Assembly: GCA_964016885.1 (NCBI GenBank)
Contig: OZ024763.1
Coordinates: 17,236,001-17,300,000, forward strand
Source of the DNA: Eledone cirrhosa
Taxonomy: Eukaryota
Direction of reading: 5' to 3'
DNA length: 64,000 nt
Below, in pieces: positions 25,890 through 40,529 of the stretch (the stretch's first letter is position 1; the number at the start of each line of letters is the position of its first letter). The notes beneath the pieces were generated by a model. That model saw only the letters and a program-made list of their open reading frames with translations, ran no database searches and was not told the origin of the DNA. Position numbers and translations under genes: made by a program.

Positions 25890-26059
25890 CAGTGAAATTC
25901 CGTTATAACGAAATTCATGAGGTATAAGGAAAAATTCTTTATAAAAAGATTGACCAAAATAAATCAAGTGCTTGTTTGTTATTATCTCAGGATTGAAAAA
26001 ATTTTTGTTATGCTGAAAAATTTGTGGTAATAGTATTTATTATAACGCAATTTTACCTG
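25890..26059. mobile_element. pogo/Tigger-type MITE
   Basis: TA|cagtgaaattccgttataac ... ttataacgcaattttacctg|TA imperfect TIRs. Confidence 0.6.
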
Positions 26060-26815
26060 TATATATATATATACATACATACATATATATACAAACACAT
26101 ACATACGCATACATAATGCGCAGGGGCATGGAAACACAAATGCATCCATACACATACATACAAACATACATACATACATTCACACATGCATTCACATACA
26201 TACATTCACACATACATACATTCACACTTACATACATACATTCTTACATGCATACATTCACACTTACATACATACATTCTTACATGCATACATTCACATA
26301 CATACATTCACACATACATACATACATACATACATTCACAAATACATACATTCACAAATACATACATTCACACATACATACATACATTCACAAATACATA
26401 CATACATTCACACATACATACATTCACACGTACATACATTCACACGTACATACATTCACACGTACATACATTCACACATACATACATTCATAAATACATA
26501 CACACATACATACATTCACACACACACACATACATACACATACATACACATACATATACACATACAAACACATACACACACACATACACACATACACATA
26601 CACACACACATACATATATACAGTATTTTTCTACAAATCTATTGTAAAATTTGACATTTATTTTAAGTTAGCTTAACCTTATCATACCCAGCCTATCTCA
26701 TCACTCTTCTCTCTTATCCTTTCTCTCATCTCCTCTATTATCCATTCTCTCATCTCTCTTCTCTCTTATCCTTTCTCTCATCTCATCTTCTCTCTTACCT
26801 TTGTATTTATTTCAC

Positions 26816-26912
26816 CTAAAAACCTTCAAATCTCTTTGAAAAGCCTTTTTAAACGACTTATTTTTCTTTAGCGTATCATTGATAAAAGGTAGTTTATTTG
26901 ATACAAAGATAT
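26816..26912 (-). CDS. Candidate internal coding exon
   Basis: aaacAG|...(D)IFVSNKLPFINDTLKKNKSFKKAFQRDLKVF..AG|GTgaaa; ends in phase 2. Confidence 0.3.
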
Positions 26913-27104
26913 CTGTTTTACAAAACACTGTTTTATTTATATATATATATACATATATATAGGTGTGTGTATATATATATATATGTATATATATATAGGT
27001 GTGTATATATATAGGTGTGTATATATATATATATTTCAATTCTTTTAACACTTTAAAAAAAAATGTCTATTGATTTACTGTTTTCAGTTTTTTTTCTTTC
27101 ATAT

Positions 27105-27139
<35 letters not shown>

Positions 27140-27415
27140 AATAGATACATAGATACATATATACAAACAAATATATAATGTATAGATACAGTATATATAT
27201 ATATATATACTGTATATATACATTATATATTTGTTTGTATATAGGTATCTATTTGTATATACATTATATAAAAGTATATATTTGTATATATATATATATA
27301 TATATATATATACAAATATATACTTTTATTTAATGTATATATATATACTTTTATATAATGTATATATATATATACAAATATATACTTTTATATAATGTAT
27401 ATATATATATATATA

Positions 27416-27461
<46 letters not shown>

Positions 27462-27472
27462 TATATAAAAGC

Positions 27473-27505
<33 letters not shown>

Positions 27506-27571
27506 CACATTATATAAAAGTATATATTTGTATATATATATATATATATATATTAAATAAAAGTATATATT

Positions 27572-27626
<55 letters not shown>

Positions 27627-27629
27627 AAA

Positions 27630-27697
<68 letters not shown>

Positions 27698-27908
27698 AAA
27701 GCATATATATATATATATATAAAAATTTCATTCCAAAGAAATTTTCCATATAATTTCAGAATTCTATTTCAAAGTCATTTGAACCGTTTCCATTTCTTAA
27801 ACACAATTCAAAAGATTTGCACAACACAAATAAATAAAAGTAAAGCAAAAACAACAAAACAAAACACATCTGAATTATTTTCAACATCATAGCTTATATA
27901 CTGTTTAG

Positions 27909-27996
<88 letters not shown>

Positions 27997-28111
27997 TTAT
28001 CTTATATACTGTTTAGATGTCTCTCTCTCTCTCTCTCTGTCTCTCTCTGTCTCTCTCTCTATATATATATATACACACATATACACTTATCTTATATGTT
28101 GTTTAGATATC

Positions 28112-28146
<35 letters not shown>

Positions 28147-28187
28147 ATACACACACACATATACACTTATCTTATATACTATTTAGA

Positions 28188-28252
<65 letters not shown>

Positions 28253-28268
28253 TTATCTTATATGTTGT

Positions 28269-28365
<97 letters not shown>

Positions 28366-28375
28366 CATACATTTA

Positions 28376-28448
28376 CAGGGCATCCCCAAAAATGTATGCA
28401 CATTTCAACAACATTCCAAAATGTGTATACATCATTTGGGACACCCTG
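28376..28448. mobile_element. About 73-bp Tc1/mariner-type MITE
   Basis: TA|cagggcatcccca...tgggacaccctg|TA. Confidence 0.7.
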
Positions 28449-28472
28449 TATATATACACACACACACATATA

Positions 28473-28520
<48 letters not shown>

Positions 28521-28521
<1 letters not shown>

Positions 28522-28680
28522 CGAAGGAGTTGTGGTAAGGAACCAGAAATAGCCGTCGAAACGGCTTGAGCTCTGCCGTCAGGGTCCTGACTCTTTTCTT
28601 ATTACCCACTCTACTGCCCTAAGTATTGAGTACTCCAATGCATTATAGTCCACCTGGTATCTTACCACACCCTCTTTGTT
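28521..28680 (+). mobile_element. PLE family H copy
   Basis: Short inverted tail end, then ccagaaatagccgtcGAAAcggc..., then tail; (TA)n flanks. Confidence 0.7.
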
Positions 28681-28694
28681 ATATATATAAATAA

Positions 28695-28801
<107 letters not shown>

Positions 28802-28998
28802 AATACATTAGTACAGATTAAAGTTTAAGCAAAGAATTTCTGCTTATAATAATACAATTTTGCTCTATGGGTTTATATATCATCATCATCATCATCATCA
28901 CCGTTTTACGTCCGTTGTTCCACGCTAGCATGGGTTAGACGGGTTGTCCTGTTGTGGGCAGTGTCAGGTCGGCTGACCTTGTCTTGCTCATATGGGAA

Positions 28999-29042
<44 letters not shown>

Positions 29043-29091
29043 ATCCTTATCGAGCCCTCTTCGGATTTTGCTCTTTGTTATCATTATTACT

Positions 29092-29443
29092 ATCATCATC
29101 ATCATCATCATCATCATCATTTTACGTCCGCTTTTACCTGCTTGCAAGGGTGGCACAGGAACTGATTCTGGCTTGATTTCTACAGCTGGATGCCCTTCCT
29201 AACACCAACCTCATTTACAGTGAGTGCTGGGTGCTTTTTTGCCGTGGCTCCTCCACGACCACTTTGCAGTGGAATGATAGGGACCCCAGTCCCTATCATC
29301 TCATTTCTACAGCTGAGTAAACTGGAGCAATGTGAAAATAAAGTGTCTTGCTCAAGGAAACAATACATCATCCGGTTTGAGAATTGAACTCACAACCTTT
29401 CGATTGCAAGGCTAATGCTCTAAACACTAAGCCATGTGCCTCC
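29092..29443 (-). mobile_element. Full-length S1 SINE
   Basis: Matches the reverse complement of 35559-35900. Confidence 0.9.
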
Positions 29444-29566
29444 ACATACAGATATATATATATAATATATCAATAAACGAAAGATATACACTTTATGTCA
29501 TCTCTATTTATTTCATTATATATATTTCAAAGATGCAAAGTTTTATGTATAACATACAGCAAAACC

Positions 29567-29616
<50 letters not shown>

Positions 29617-29706
29617 TCATCATTATATATATATATATCATCATCATTATATATATATATATATATCATCATCATTATACGTCTGCTTTTCCCTGCTTGT
29701 ATATAC

Positions 29707-29738
<32 letters not shown>

Positions 29739-30139
29739 GACATATTATGTTTGATGATTTAAAAGTCAGTCAGTGAGTGTATATTTCATTGGAAATATTG
29801 ATAAGGAAAGGGTTAAAAAGCCATGGTCTGTTTTCTATGGAACTTGGCTGTTATTTCTAGAAGGTTCAACTACTAGAGCTTTCCTCTCCCTCTATCTATT
29901 TATTTATTTTTAATGGCTTCTTTACTGCAGATAAAAAATTTGGTTTTTGTGATTTTTGAGGACAGCAATTGATAATATAAAGATTATTGAACAGTGTTAT
30001 CGATTGATTTAGAGCAGACATAAGATTGCTTGTATTGTTGTTATTGGCTTTACTTTCTTTCACATTGAATTGCAACAAGGACAATAAACACAGAAGAGCT
30101 CCGATGAAAGATACTTTACTCTGCTTCTCGCTCTTGCCC

Positions 30140-30545
30140 TCTCTATTTCTCTCTATATATATTACCCCCTCTCCATTTCTTTCCATTGCCCTCTCTATTT
30201 CTCTCTCTATATATATTACCCCCTCTCTATTTCTCTCTCTATATATTAGCCCCTCTCTATTTCTCTCTCTATATATATATTACCCTCTCTCTATTTCCCT
30301 CTCTGTATATTAGCCCCTCTCTATTTCTCTCTCTATATATATTACCCTCTCTCTATTTCTCTCTCTATATAACACCCCCTCTCTATTTCTATCTCTATAT
30401 ATTACCCCCTCTCTATTTCTCTCTCTATATATATATATTACCCCCTCTCTATTTCTCTCTCTATATATATATTACCCCCTCTCTATTTCTCTCTCTATAT
30501 ATATTACCCCCTCTCTATTTCTCTCTCTATATATTACCCCCTCTC
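30140..30545. repeat. About 31-35-bp tandem repeat
   Basis: attaccccctctctatttctctctctatatat units. Confidence 0.85.
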
Positions 30546-30784
30546 CATCTCTCACTCTTGCTCTCCCTATCTCTATCTTTCTATCTGTCCTACTCTCTCT
30601 CTCTCTCTTGCTCTCTATATACATATATATAGTTAATATGACCCACAAGGGGATATGAAGCCGTCATTAAATATATCTTTAGAACATTTTTGTATCTTTG
30701 ATTCCACAGTCTTTTTTCTATAACAACTTCTTCTTTATGTTGTATGTAGTGTCTTACAGTCTCTACCTCTCTCTTTGTCTCTTT

Positions 30785-33300
30785 CTATGTCTTACAGTCT
30801 CTACCTCTCTGTCTGTCTACCTCTCTGTCTTTGTCTACCTCTCTGTCTTTGTCTCTCTCTCTGTCTTTGTCTACTTCCCTGTCTTTGTCTACCTCTCTGT
30901 CTTTGTCTACCTCTGTCTTTGTCTACCTCTCTGTCTTTGTCTACCTCTCTGTCTTTGTCTACCTCTTTGTCTTTGTCTACCTCTCTGTCTTTGTCTACCT
31001 CTTTGTCTTTGTCTCTCTCTCTGTCTTTGTCTACTTCCCTGTCTTTGTCTACCTCTCTGTCTTTGTCTACCTCTGTCTTTGTCTATCTCACTGTCTTTGT
31101 CTACCTCTCTGTCTTTGTCTACCTCTCTGTCTTTGTCTCTCTCTATGTCTTTGTCTATCTCTCTGTCTTTGTCTACCTCTCTGTCTTTGTCTACCTCTCT
31201 GTCTTTGTCTACCTCTCTGTCTTTGTCTACCTCTTTGTCTTTGTCTATCTCTGTCTTTGTCTACCTCTCTGTCTTTGTCTACCTCTCTGTCTTTGTCTAT
31301 CTCTGTCTTTGTCTACCTCTCTGTCTTTGTCTATCTCTCTGTCTTTGTCTCTCTCTCTGTCTTTGTCTACCTCTCTGTCTTTGTCTACCTCTCTGTCTTT
31401 GTCTACCTCTCTGTCTTTGTCTATCTCTCTGTCTTTGTCTCTCTCTCTGTCTTTGTCTACCTCTCTGTTTTTGTCTACCTCTCTGTCTTTGTCTACCTCT
31501 CTGTCTTTGTCTCTCTCTCTGTCTTTGTCTACCTCTCTGTCTTTGTCTACCTCTCTGTCTTTGTCTACCTCTCTGTCTTTGTCTACCTCTCTGTCTTTGT
31601 CTACCTCTCTGTCTTTGTCTACCTCTCTGTCTTTGTCTACCTCTCTGTCTTTGTCTCTCTCTCTGTCTTTGTCTACCTCTCTGTCTTTGTCTACCTCTCT
31701 GTCTTTGTCTACCTCTCTGTCTTTGTCTATCTCTGTCTTTGTCTACCTCTTTGTCTTTGTCTACCTCTCTGTCTTTGTCTCTCTCTCTGTCTTTGTCTAC
31801 CTCTCTGTCTTTGTCTACCTCTCTGTCTTTGTCTACCTCTTTGTCTTTGTCTACCTCTCTGTCTTTGTCTACCTCTTTGTCTTTGTCTACGTCTCTGTCT
31901 TTGTCTACGTCTCTGTCTTTGTCTACCTCTCTGTCTTTGTCTATCTCTGTCTTTGTCTACCTCTTTGTCTTTGTCTCTCTCTCTGTCTTTGTCTACCTCT
32001 CTGTCTTTGTCTACCTCTCTGTCTTTGTCTACCTCTTTGTCTTTGTCTATCTCTGTCTTTGTCTACCTCTCTGTCTTTGTCTACCTCTCTGTCTTTGTCT
32101 ACCTCTCTGTCTTTGTCTATCTCTGTCTTTGTCTACCTCTCTGTCTTTGTCTATCTCTCTGTCTTTGTCTCTCTCTCTGTCTTTGTCTACCTCTCTGTCT
32201 TTGTCTACCTCTTTGTCTTTGTCTACCTCTCTGTCTTTGTCTACCTCTCTGTCTTTGTCTACCTCTTTGTCTTTGTCTACCTCTCTGTCTTTGTCTACCT
32301 CTTTGTCTTTGTCTACCTCTCTGTCTTTGTCTACCTCTTTGTCTTTGTCTACCTCTCTGTCTTTGTCTACCTCTCTGTCTTTGTCTACCTCTCTGTCTGT
32401 CTACCTCTCTGTCTTTGTCTATCTCTGTCTTTGTCTACCTCTCTGTCTTTGTCTACCTCTCTGTCTCTGTCTACCTCTCTGTCTTTGTCTACCTCTCTGT
32501 CTTTGTCTACCTCTCTGTCTTTGTCTATCTCTGTCTTTGTCTACCTCTCTGTCTTTGTCTACCTCTCTGTCTTTGTCTACCTCTCTGTCTTTGTCTATCT
32601 CTGTCTTTGTCTACCTCTCTGTCTTTGTCTATCTCTGTCTTTGTCTACCTCTCTGTCTTTGTCTACCTCTCTGTCTTTGTCTCTCTCTATGTCTTTGTCT
32701 CTCTCTATGTCTTTGTCTCTCTCTGTCTTTGTCTCTCTCTATGTCTTTGTCTCTCTCTATGTCTTTGTCTCTCTCTGTCTTTGTCTACCTCTCTGTCTTT
32801 GTCTATTTCTGTCTCTGTCCATCTCTCTATGTCTTTGTCTATCTCTGTCTTTGTCTATCTCTGTTTTTGTCTCTCTTTATGTCTGTCTATCTCTCTGTCT
32901 TTGTTTCTCTCTTTATGTCTTTGTCTCTCTCTCTGTCTTTGTCTCTCTCTCTGTCTTTGTCTCTCTCTCTGTCTTTGTCTCTCTCTCTTTATGTCTTTGT
33001 CTACCTCTCTATGTCTTTGTCTCTCTCTCTCTATGTCTTTGTCTCTCTCTCTATATATATATTTGTCTCTCTCTCTATATATATATATATTTGTCTCTCT
33101 CTCTCTATATATATATATATTTGTCTCTCTCTCTCTATATATGTCTGTCTCTCTATATATATGTCTGTCTCTCTCTATATATGTCTGTCTCTCTCTCTAT
33201 ATGTCTGTCTATCTCTCTGTCTTTGTCTCTCTCTATGTCTTTGTCTCTCTCTATATATCTTTGTCTCTCTCTCTATGTCTTTGTCTACCTCTCTGTCTTT
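30785..33300. repeat. 16-18-bp CT-rich minisatellite
   Basis: ctctctgtctttgtctac repeated more than 100 times. Confidence 0.95.
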
Positions 33301-33621
33301 GTCCGTCTTCCTCTATCACTATCTGTCTCAATCTCACTCTATGTGACTCTATCTATCTCTATGTCTCTCTCTCTATATATATATATATATGCCTCTTTGT
33401 CTGTCTGTCTGTCTCCTTGTCTATGTCTATGTCATCTAACAGACAGAAGCCTGCAATAATATATATGTGGCACATATTAGGATCAGGACATAGTTTCTAC
33501 AGCTGGAAACCCCTCATGTAGTCAACCACTTTCCAGAGTGTACTGGGTGTGTTTTAACCTGGTACCAACAGGCAGGTCATTGTTTGCATGTGTTTGCATG
33601 TGTGTGTGTGTGTGCGCGGAC

Positions 33622-33960
33622 GTCATCATTATTGTTTTTACTTCCATGTAGCTATACTGGTATGGGTTGGACAGGTCCTTTTTCAGTACTGCATCTCACC
33701 ACTCGTCGTGTTCCTTCGTCATCTCCTCCTCAGTGAGCTTCAGTCATTTGCAATCAGCTCTCACCACCTCTGCTCAGGTCTGCCGTGGTCTTCCTCTACT
33801 GCAGCTTCCTTCCACTGGGATTCCTTGGCACTTCTTCACCCAGCAATCATTATCCATGCGTATCACACGTCCATAGCACTGCAGTCTTCTCTCTTGCACA
33901 CTACATCTGGTTATACTTATACCCAGTTTTTAAATGAGTTCAACCATGGTTTGTGATTCA
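33622..33960 (-). mobile_element. Diverged RTE LINE 3' fragment
   Basis: Reverse complement aligns with 12170-12500. Confidence 0.8.
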
Positions 33961-34155
33961 CATTGCCAGACCAATGTGTCACCATTGGTTTGTGTCCTAT
34001 GTACGTCAATACTCGTCCTTTATTCCATTCAGAGGGTTTTTTAAAATCCCAACTAACAGACTAATTCTATTTAGTCAAATACGGCATAAGCACATGTTAC
34101 TTCCTAATTTTCAAATTCGCTGGCCATTTGTAAACAAAGCCTGCTTTGTGTTTCC

Positions 34156-34189
<34 letters not shown>

Positions 34190-34193
<4 letters not shown>

Positions 34194-34680
34194 TAAAATA
34201 TAAAATAACAGATTAAAGTTTAAGCAAAGAATCGCTGCTCTCACCCTTAATGGGATCTTCAGAAACTAAAAAAGTCAATCTGTGAATGCAGAAGTGAATA
34301 TTTCAAAAAACGTTGCAACCCGAGGAAGACAGGAAGACCATACTTTGGTTCGTGGAAACGTTCCCTGGCAAAGAACGGGAAAAAACGAAGATAATACGTC
34401 ATTAATAGGAGCGGTGAAAAACAATTACACACAAAGACAAAACCATGTTTATGGTATAACAGAGGTCGTAGACTAATATTCTATTAGGTGGTTCATGGAG
34501 ACGTTCTCTGGCAATGAACGGAAAAAACGAAGATAATACGTCATATGTAGAGCGGGGAGAACATTGCACGCAAAGACAAAACCACGTAAATGGTATAGCT
34601 GTAGTCGTAGACTAAAATTCTAACTAGGAAACCGAAAGATTCTCGGCTTCAGAGTTAAGAATAAAGTAAATAAAATACAG
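34190..34680. mobile_element. Unclassified interspersed repeat with an internal duplication of about 145 bp
   Basis: Shared end acagattaaagtttaagcaaagaat also at 28813, and inverted at 48229-48523 and 58658-58771. Confidence 0.65.
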
Positions 34681-34735
34681 AGGTAATAGAAATTAAATAA
34701 ATACATACACGCATCCACATACATACATACACTAT

Positions 34736-35081
34736 ATCATCATTCATCATCATTTCATTTTACGTCCGCTTTTTCCCTACTTGCAAGGGTGGGACGGGAA
34801 CTGATTCTGGCTTGATTTCTACAGCTGGATGCCCTTCCTAACACCAACCTCATTTACAGTGAGTGCTGGGTGCTTTTTTGCCGTGGCACCTCCACGACCA
34901 CTTTGCAGTGGAATGATAGGGACCCCAGTCCCTATCATCTCCTTCCTACAGCTGAGTAAACTGGAGCAATGTGAAATAAAGTGTCTTGCTCAAGGAAACA
35001 ACACATCACCCGGTCTGAGAATTGAACTCACAACCTTTCGATTGCAAGGCCAATGCTCTAACCACTAAGCCATGTGCCTCC
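34736..35081 (-). mobile_element. Full-length S1 SINE
   Basis: Near-identical reverse complement of 35559-35900. Confidence 0.9.
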
Positions 35082-35094
35082 ATCATATATATTA

Positions 35095-35290
35095 AAAATT
35101 TGTCGATCGACTTTCGTCAAATCGGACCGAGGAAACAATGTTTCCGTTGGTCTTTCCAATTGCTAATACTCTCTATCGGTCGCAACTCCAGGTAGAAGGA
35201 GCAACGTGAAATAAAGTTTCTTGCTCAAGGACATAACGCATCACCCGGTCCAGGAATCGAACTGACAACCTCAAGAGCCACATGCCTTCA
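35095..35290 (-). mobile_element. SINE family S3 (tRNA head, partial S1-like core)
   Basis: Second copy at 60525-60741; B box gagttcgattcc on -. Confidence 0.7.
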
Positions 35291-35304
35291 CTATATAAAT
35301 ATAT

Positions 35305-35497
35305 ATATATATAAATAAAATAACAGGAGGCTGGTTATTTTATTTTATTTTATTTATAATAGTTAACTCCGTATTAATACCACCAACTACACAAACGAAG
35401 ACGGGTGAACTGCACTACGTTGAGTACTCTCCACAATATTACATCAAGATTGACCATACAGAATGACCAATTCTATCCAGTGGTGAACCAACAAACC

Positions 35498-35502
<5 letters not shown>
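35305..35502 (+). mobile_element. Probable mini PLE insertion (short hairpin plus tail)
   Basis: aaataaaataac/gttattttattt hairpin, CGTTGAGTACT at 35418-35428, (TA)n flanks. Confidence 0.35.
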
Positions 35503-35537
<35 letters not shown>

Positions 35538-35540
35538 TAT

Positions 35541-35900
35541 GGAGGCACATGGCTAGTGGAGGCACATGGCTTAGTGGTTAGAGCATTGGCCTTGCAATCG
35601 AAAGGTTGTGAGTTCAATTCTCAGACCGGGTGATGTGTTGTTTCCTTGAGCAAGACACTTTATTTCACATTGCTCCAGTTTACTCAGCTGTAGAAATGAG
35701 ATGATAGGGACTGGGGTCCCTATCATTCCACTGCAAAGTGGTCGTGGAGGTGCCACGGCAAAAAAGCACCCAGCACACACTGTAAATGAGGTTGGTGTTA
35801 GGAAGGGCATCCAGCTGTAGAAATCAAGCCAGAATCAGTTCCCGTCCCACCCTTGCAAGCAGGGAAAAGCGGACGTAAAATGAAATGATGAAATGATGAT
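35541..35900 (+). mobile_element. Full-length S1 SINE with a duplicated 5' end
   Basis: A box tggcttagtgg, B box gagttcaattc, conserved core tccttgagcaagacacttt, RTE-like 3' end, (ATG)n. Confidence 0.92.
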
Positions 35901-36244
35901 ATATATATATAATGAAGGAAATGTGGTAAGGAACCAGGTGGACCATAACGCACCAAAGTACTCAATACTTAGGGTAGTAGAGTGGGTATGAGTATGTGTA
36001 TATCTGTATGTGTGTAAGTCAGATTGAACCCATATTACCCTAAAAAGTCAACAGTGATGATATTTCAGTAATATATATGTATATATGTGTGTATATATAT
36101 ATACATACATATACATATATTCGATATCAGCTGTTTCCCCCCAGGCCGTCCTAATATGATTTATATGTTAGTGAATAGGAAACACGAAATAGTCTGGCTT
36201 TTCCCACTACACACACACACATATATAAAAATATATATATATAT

Positions 36245-36424
36245 ATAGGAACCAGTAAGACCCCGACAGCTGAGCTCAAGCCGTTTCGACGGCTAATTCA
36301 CCGTCGAAACGGCTTGAGCTCAGCTGTCGGGGTCTTACTGGTTCCTATTACCCACTCTACTACCTCAAGTATTGAGTACTTTGGTGCGTTATGGTCCACC
36401 TGGTTCCTTACCACATTTCCTTCG

Positions 36425-36427
<3 letters not shown>
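36245..36427 (+). mobile_element. PLE family H fold-back copy (another tail-only copy on - at 35910-35988)
   Basis: About 45-bp inverted arms plus tail; (TA)n flanks. Confidence 0.75.
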
Positions 36428-36463
<36 letters not shown>

Positions 36464-36644
36464 ATAACATATAATATATCTATATATATATATATATATA
36501 TACATTCATTTCATTTTATTTCATTTTACGTCCACTTTTCCTTGCTTGCAAGGGTTGGACGCATATATATATATACATACATACACACATATACATGCAC
36601 AGACACACATATATATATATATTATATATACACACATACATATA

Positions 36645-36688
<44 letters not shown>

Positions 36689-36890
36689 TACACACACACA
36701 CAGAGTAATTCTAGAGGTGTCTAATTATGTCAGCCTTAATTCCAATCAAAAACTGATAGTACATTACATTCAGACGACTAAGATCTATAATTTGAAATCA
36801 AAAACTGAGACCTTCATTTATTTAATCATTTATCAAAATCAAACTAAATCAATGATTTTTTTTTTACGTACATAGTAATACACATCTGTA

Positions 36891-36935
<45 letters not shown>

Positions 36936-36946
36936 GTATGTATATA

Positions 36947-37024
36947 CAGGGTGTCCTCAAAAACGTATACACACGTCAAGAGTATTTTAATAAAAGTGTA
37001 TATACATTCTTTTGGGACATCATG
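36947..37024. mobile_element. About 78-bp Tc1/mariner-type MITE
   Basis: TA|cagggtgtcc...gggacatcatg|TA. Confidence 0.65.
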
Positions 37025-37130
37025 TATATATATATATTTATATATATATATATATATATATGTGTATGTGTGTAATGATACATATATGTGTGTATGTGTG
37101 CCAATACAGATGTGTATGTGTTTAAAGGTA

Positions 37131-37197
<67 letters not shown>

Positions 37198-37329
37198 CAA
37201 TACACACACACACACATATATGCAACTTTACAAACACACACATACATACACATATATATATATATATGAACTCACTTTTTAACACACACACACACACACA
37301 AATTCACGCAGACACACAGACATACCAAC

Positions 37330-38900
37330 ACACATACAGATACTCACATACAAACATATATAGACACACTCACACACAGATACACACATACAAACATATA
37401 TAGACACACTCACACACAGATACACACATACAAACATATATAGACACACTCACACACAGATACACACATGCAAACATATATAGACACACTCACACACACA
37501 TACAAATACACACATGCAAACATATATAGACACACTCACACACTCACACACACACACATACAAACATATATAGACCCACTCACACACTCACACGCAGATA
37601 CACACATACAAACATATATAGACACACTCACACACAGATACACACATACAAACATATATAGACACACTCACACACAGATACACACATACAAACATATATA
37701 GACACACACATACTGACACATACAGATACACACATACAAACATATATAGACACACTCACACACACACACTGACGCACTTACAGATACACACATACAAACA
37801 TATATAGACACACACACACACATACAGATACACACATACAAACATATATAGACACACACACACACATACAGATACACACATACAAACATATATAGACACA
37901 CACACACATACTGACACACACACAGATACACACATACGAGCATATATAGACACACACACACACAGATACACACATACAGATACACACATACAAACATATA
38001 TAGACACACTCACACACACACACACAGATACACACATACAAACATATATAGACACACACATATACACACATACAAACATATATAGACACACTCACACACA
38101 GATATACACATACAAACATATATAGACACACACACACACACATACTGACACATACAGATACACACATACAAACATATATAGACACACTCACACACACACA
38201 CAGATACACACATACAAACATATATAGACACACACATATACACACATACAAACATATATAGACACACTCACACACAGATATACACATACAAACATATATA
38301 GACACACACACACACACATACTGACACATACAGATACACACATACAAACATATATAGACACACACACACACACAGATACACACATACAAACATATATAGA
38401 CACACACACACATATACACACATACAAACATATATAGACACACTCACACACAGATATACACATACAAACATATATAGACACACACACACACACACAGATA
38501 CACATCCAGACATCGATACAGACATACAGACACACACATACAGATACACACACACAGATACACACATACAAACATATATAGACACACACACACACACACA
38601 TCCAGACATCGATACAGACATACAGACACACACATACAGATACACACATACAGATACACACATACAAACATATATAGACACACACACACATACTGATACA
38701 CACATACAAACATATATAGACCCACTCACACACTCACACACTCACACACACACATGCAAACATATATAGACACACACACACACATACAGATACACACATA
38801 CAAACATATATAGACACACACACACACATACTGACACACACATACAGATACACACATACAAACATATATAGACACACACACACACATACTGACATCGATA
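37330..38900. repeat. CA-rich tandem repeat of about 34-50 bp
   Basis: gatacacacatacaaacatatatagacacac units. Confidence 0.9.
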
Positions 38901-39214
38901 CAGACATACAGACACACACATACACTCACTGACACGTATACAGACCCCCCCACACACACACACACATACAGAAACACAGAAACACACACATGTATATATA
39001 GACAGATATATTTATGAAGAGTCTGGGGATTAGTTGTGGTTTAGTTTTCATTCTAATTAAATTTCATATTAATGTTTGACCCCAGGTCATTGTTAATTGA
39101 GCTGATCTATAATTAATGATAGCGATTCTGTGACCATTTTATATTTCAGACAGTTTCTGTCTGGGGCGTCATTCAATGTACCCTTCAGATTGTTTTAATA
39201 ATGGTTGGTGATAA

Positions 39215-40195
39215 GAAGGGCATACGGGATTAGGAAGAGCTTTTAGATGTGTCAAGGACATGATAGTCCCCCTAGTGTTGGTGAGAAGAACGGCATACTG
39301 CCATCGATAGCTTGCCAAAGAAAAGGTTGAGAAGACCCTTAATTGTGTCAAGGACATGATAGTCTCCCTAGTGTTGGTGAGAGGAACGGCATACTGCCAT
39401 CGATAGCTTGCCAAAGAAAAGGTTGAGAAGACCCTTAATTGTGTCAAGGACATGATAGTCTCCCTAGTGTTGGTGAGAAGAACGGCATACTGCCATCGAT
39501 AGCTTGCCAAAGAAAAGGTTGAGAGGACCCTTAATTGTGTCAAGGACATGATAGTCTCCCTAGTGTTGGTGAGAGGAACGGCATACTGCCATCGATAGCT
39601 TGCCAAAGAAAAGGTTGAGAGGACCCTTAATTGTGTCAAGGACATGATAGTCTCCCTAGTGTTGGTGATAGGAAGGGCATACAGCTGTAGGTAGCTTACC
39701 AAATAAAGGTTTGGAGGAGCTTTCAGATGTGTCTAGGACATGATAGCCTCGCTAGTGGTGGTGAGAGGAAGGGCAGCCAGTCACACAAATTTGTCAAGGA
39801 CATGACAGTTTCACTAGACTTGGTGATAGGAACGGCATCCAACCACGGATAGCTTGCCAAACAAAGGGTTGCGAGAAATATTTAGTTGTGTCAAGAACAT
39901 GCAGCCTCCCTATTTCTGGTGATAGGAAGGGAATGCAGCCATAGAAAGAGTTGGGAAGGACCTTTTAGTTGTGTCAAGGACATGGCAACCTTGCCAAACA
40001 AATGGTTGGAGAAACCCTTTCTTTTTTAAGGACATGACAGCCGCCCTAGTGTTGGTAATAGGATCGGCATCCAGCCATAGAAAGTTTGCCAAGTCAAGGA
40101 CACGATAACCTACCTAATGCTGGTGGTCCACATGATAAAAGCACCCAATACAGGCCTTAATGTGGTTGGTGTTGGGAAGGATGTGCAGATGTAAA
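39215..40195 (+). repeat. 96-bp tandem repeat (about 5 good copies plus degenerate copies) related to the S1/RTE 3' UTR
   Basis: gtcaaggaca at 39251, 39347, 39443...; ttggtgataggaagggcat resembles S1 ttggtgttaggaagggcatccag. Confidence 0.8.
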
Positions 40196-40297
40196 AAATT
40201 AGTCAAAGGTTTTGGAGGGCCCTTCAGTTGTGTCAGACATGACACCTACCCCTGTGCACTTGATAGACCATATGACGGAAGTGAGATATACATACAT

Positions 40298-40332
<35 letters not shown>

Positions 40333-40529
40333 TAATGCAGGTGTCACGACAAAAAACACCCAGCCCACACTGTAAATGTGGTTGGCGATAGCAAGGACAT
40401 CCAGCCGTAGAATACCAGCCAGAAAGACTCCTATATGAGCAAGACACGGTCACCTAAGCCAACTTGACTGTAAATGGGACAAACCCATGCTAGCATGGAA
40501 GATAGATGTTAATTGATGATGAGGAGGAT

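Noticed and set aside
29896-30186. Minus-strand ORF with a hydrophobic stretch (FIGALLCLLSLL)
   Set aside because: No proper acceptor, and the donor phase does not fit the 26912 candidate exon; no recognisable domain.
30698-33521. Three overlapping ORFs of about 890 aa
   Set aside because: All three frames are open because the 16-18-bp CT-rich unit has no stop codon.
35559-35630. tRNA gene
   Set aside because: A and B boxes belong to a SINE head that continues into core and LINE-derived tail; multiple dispersed copies.
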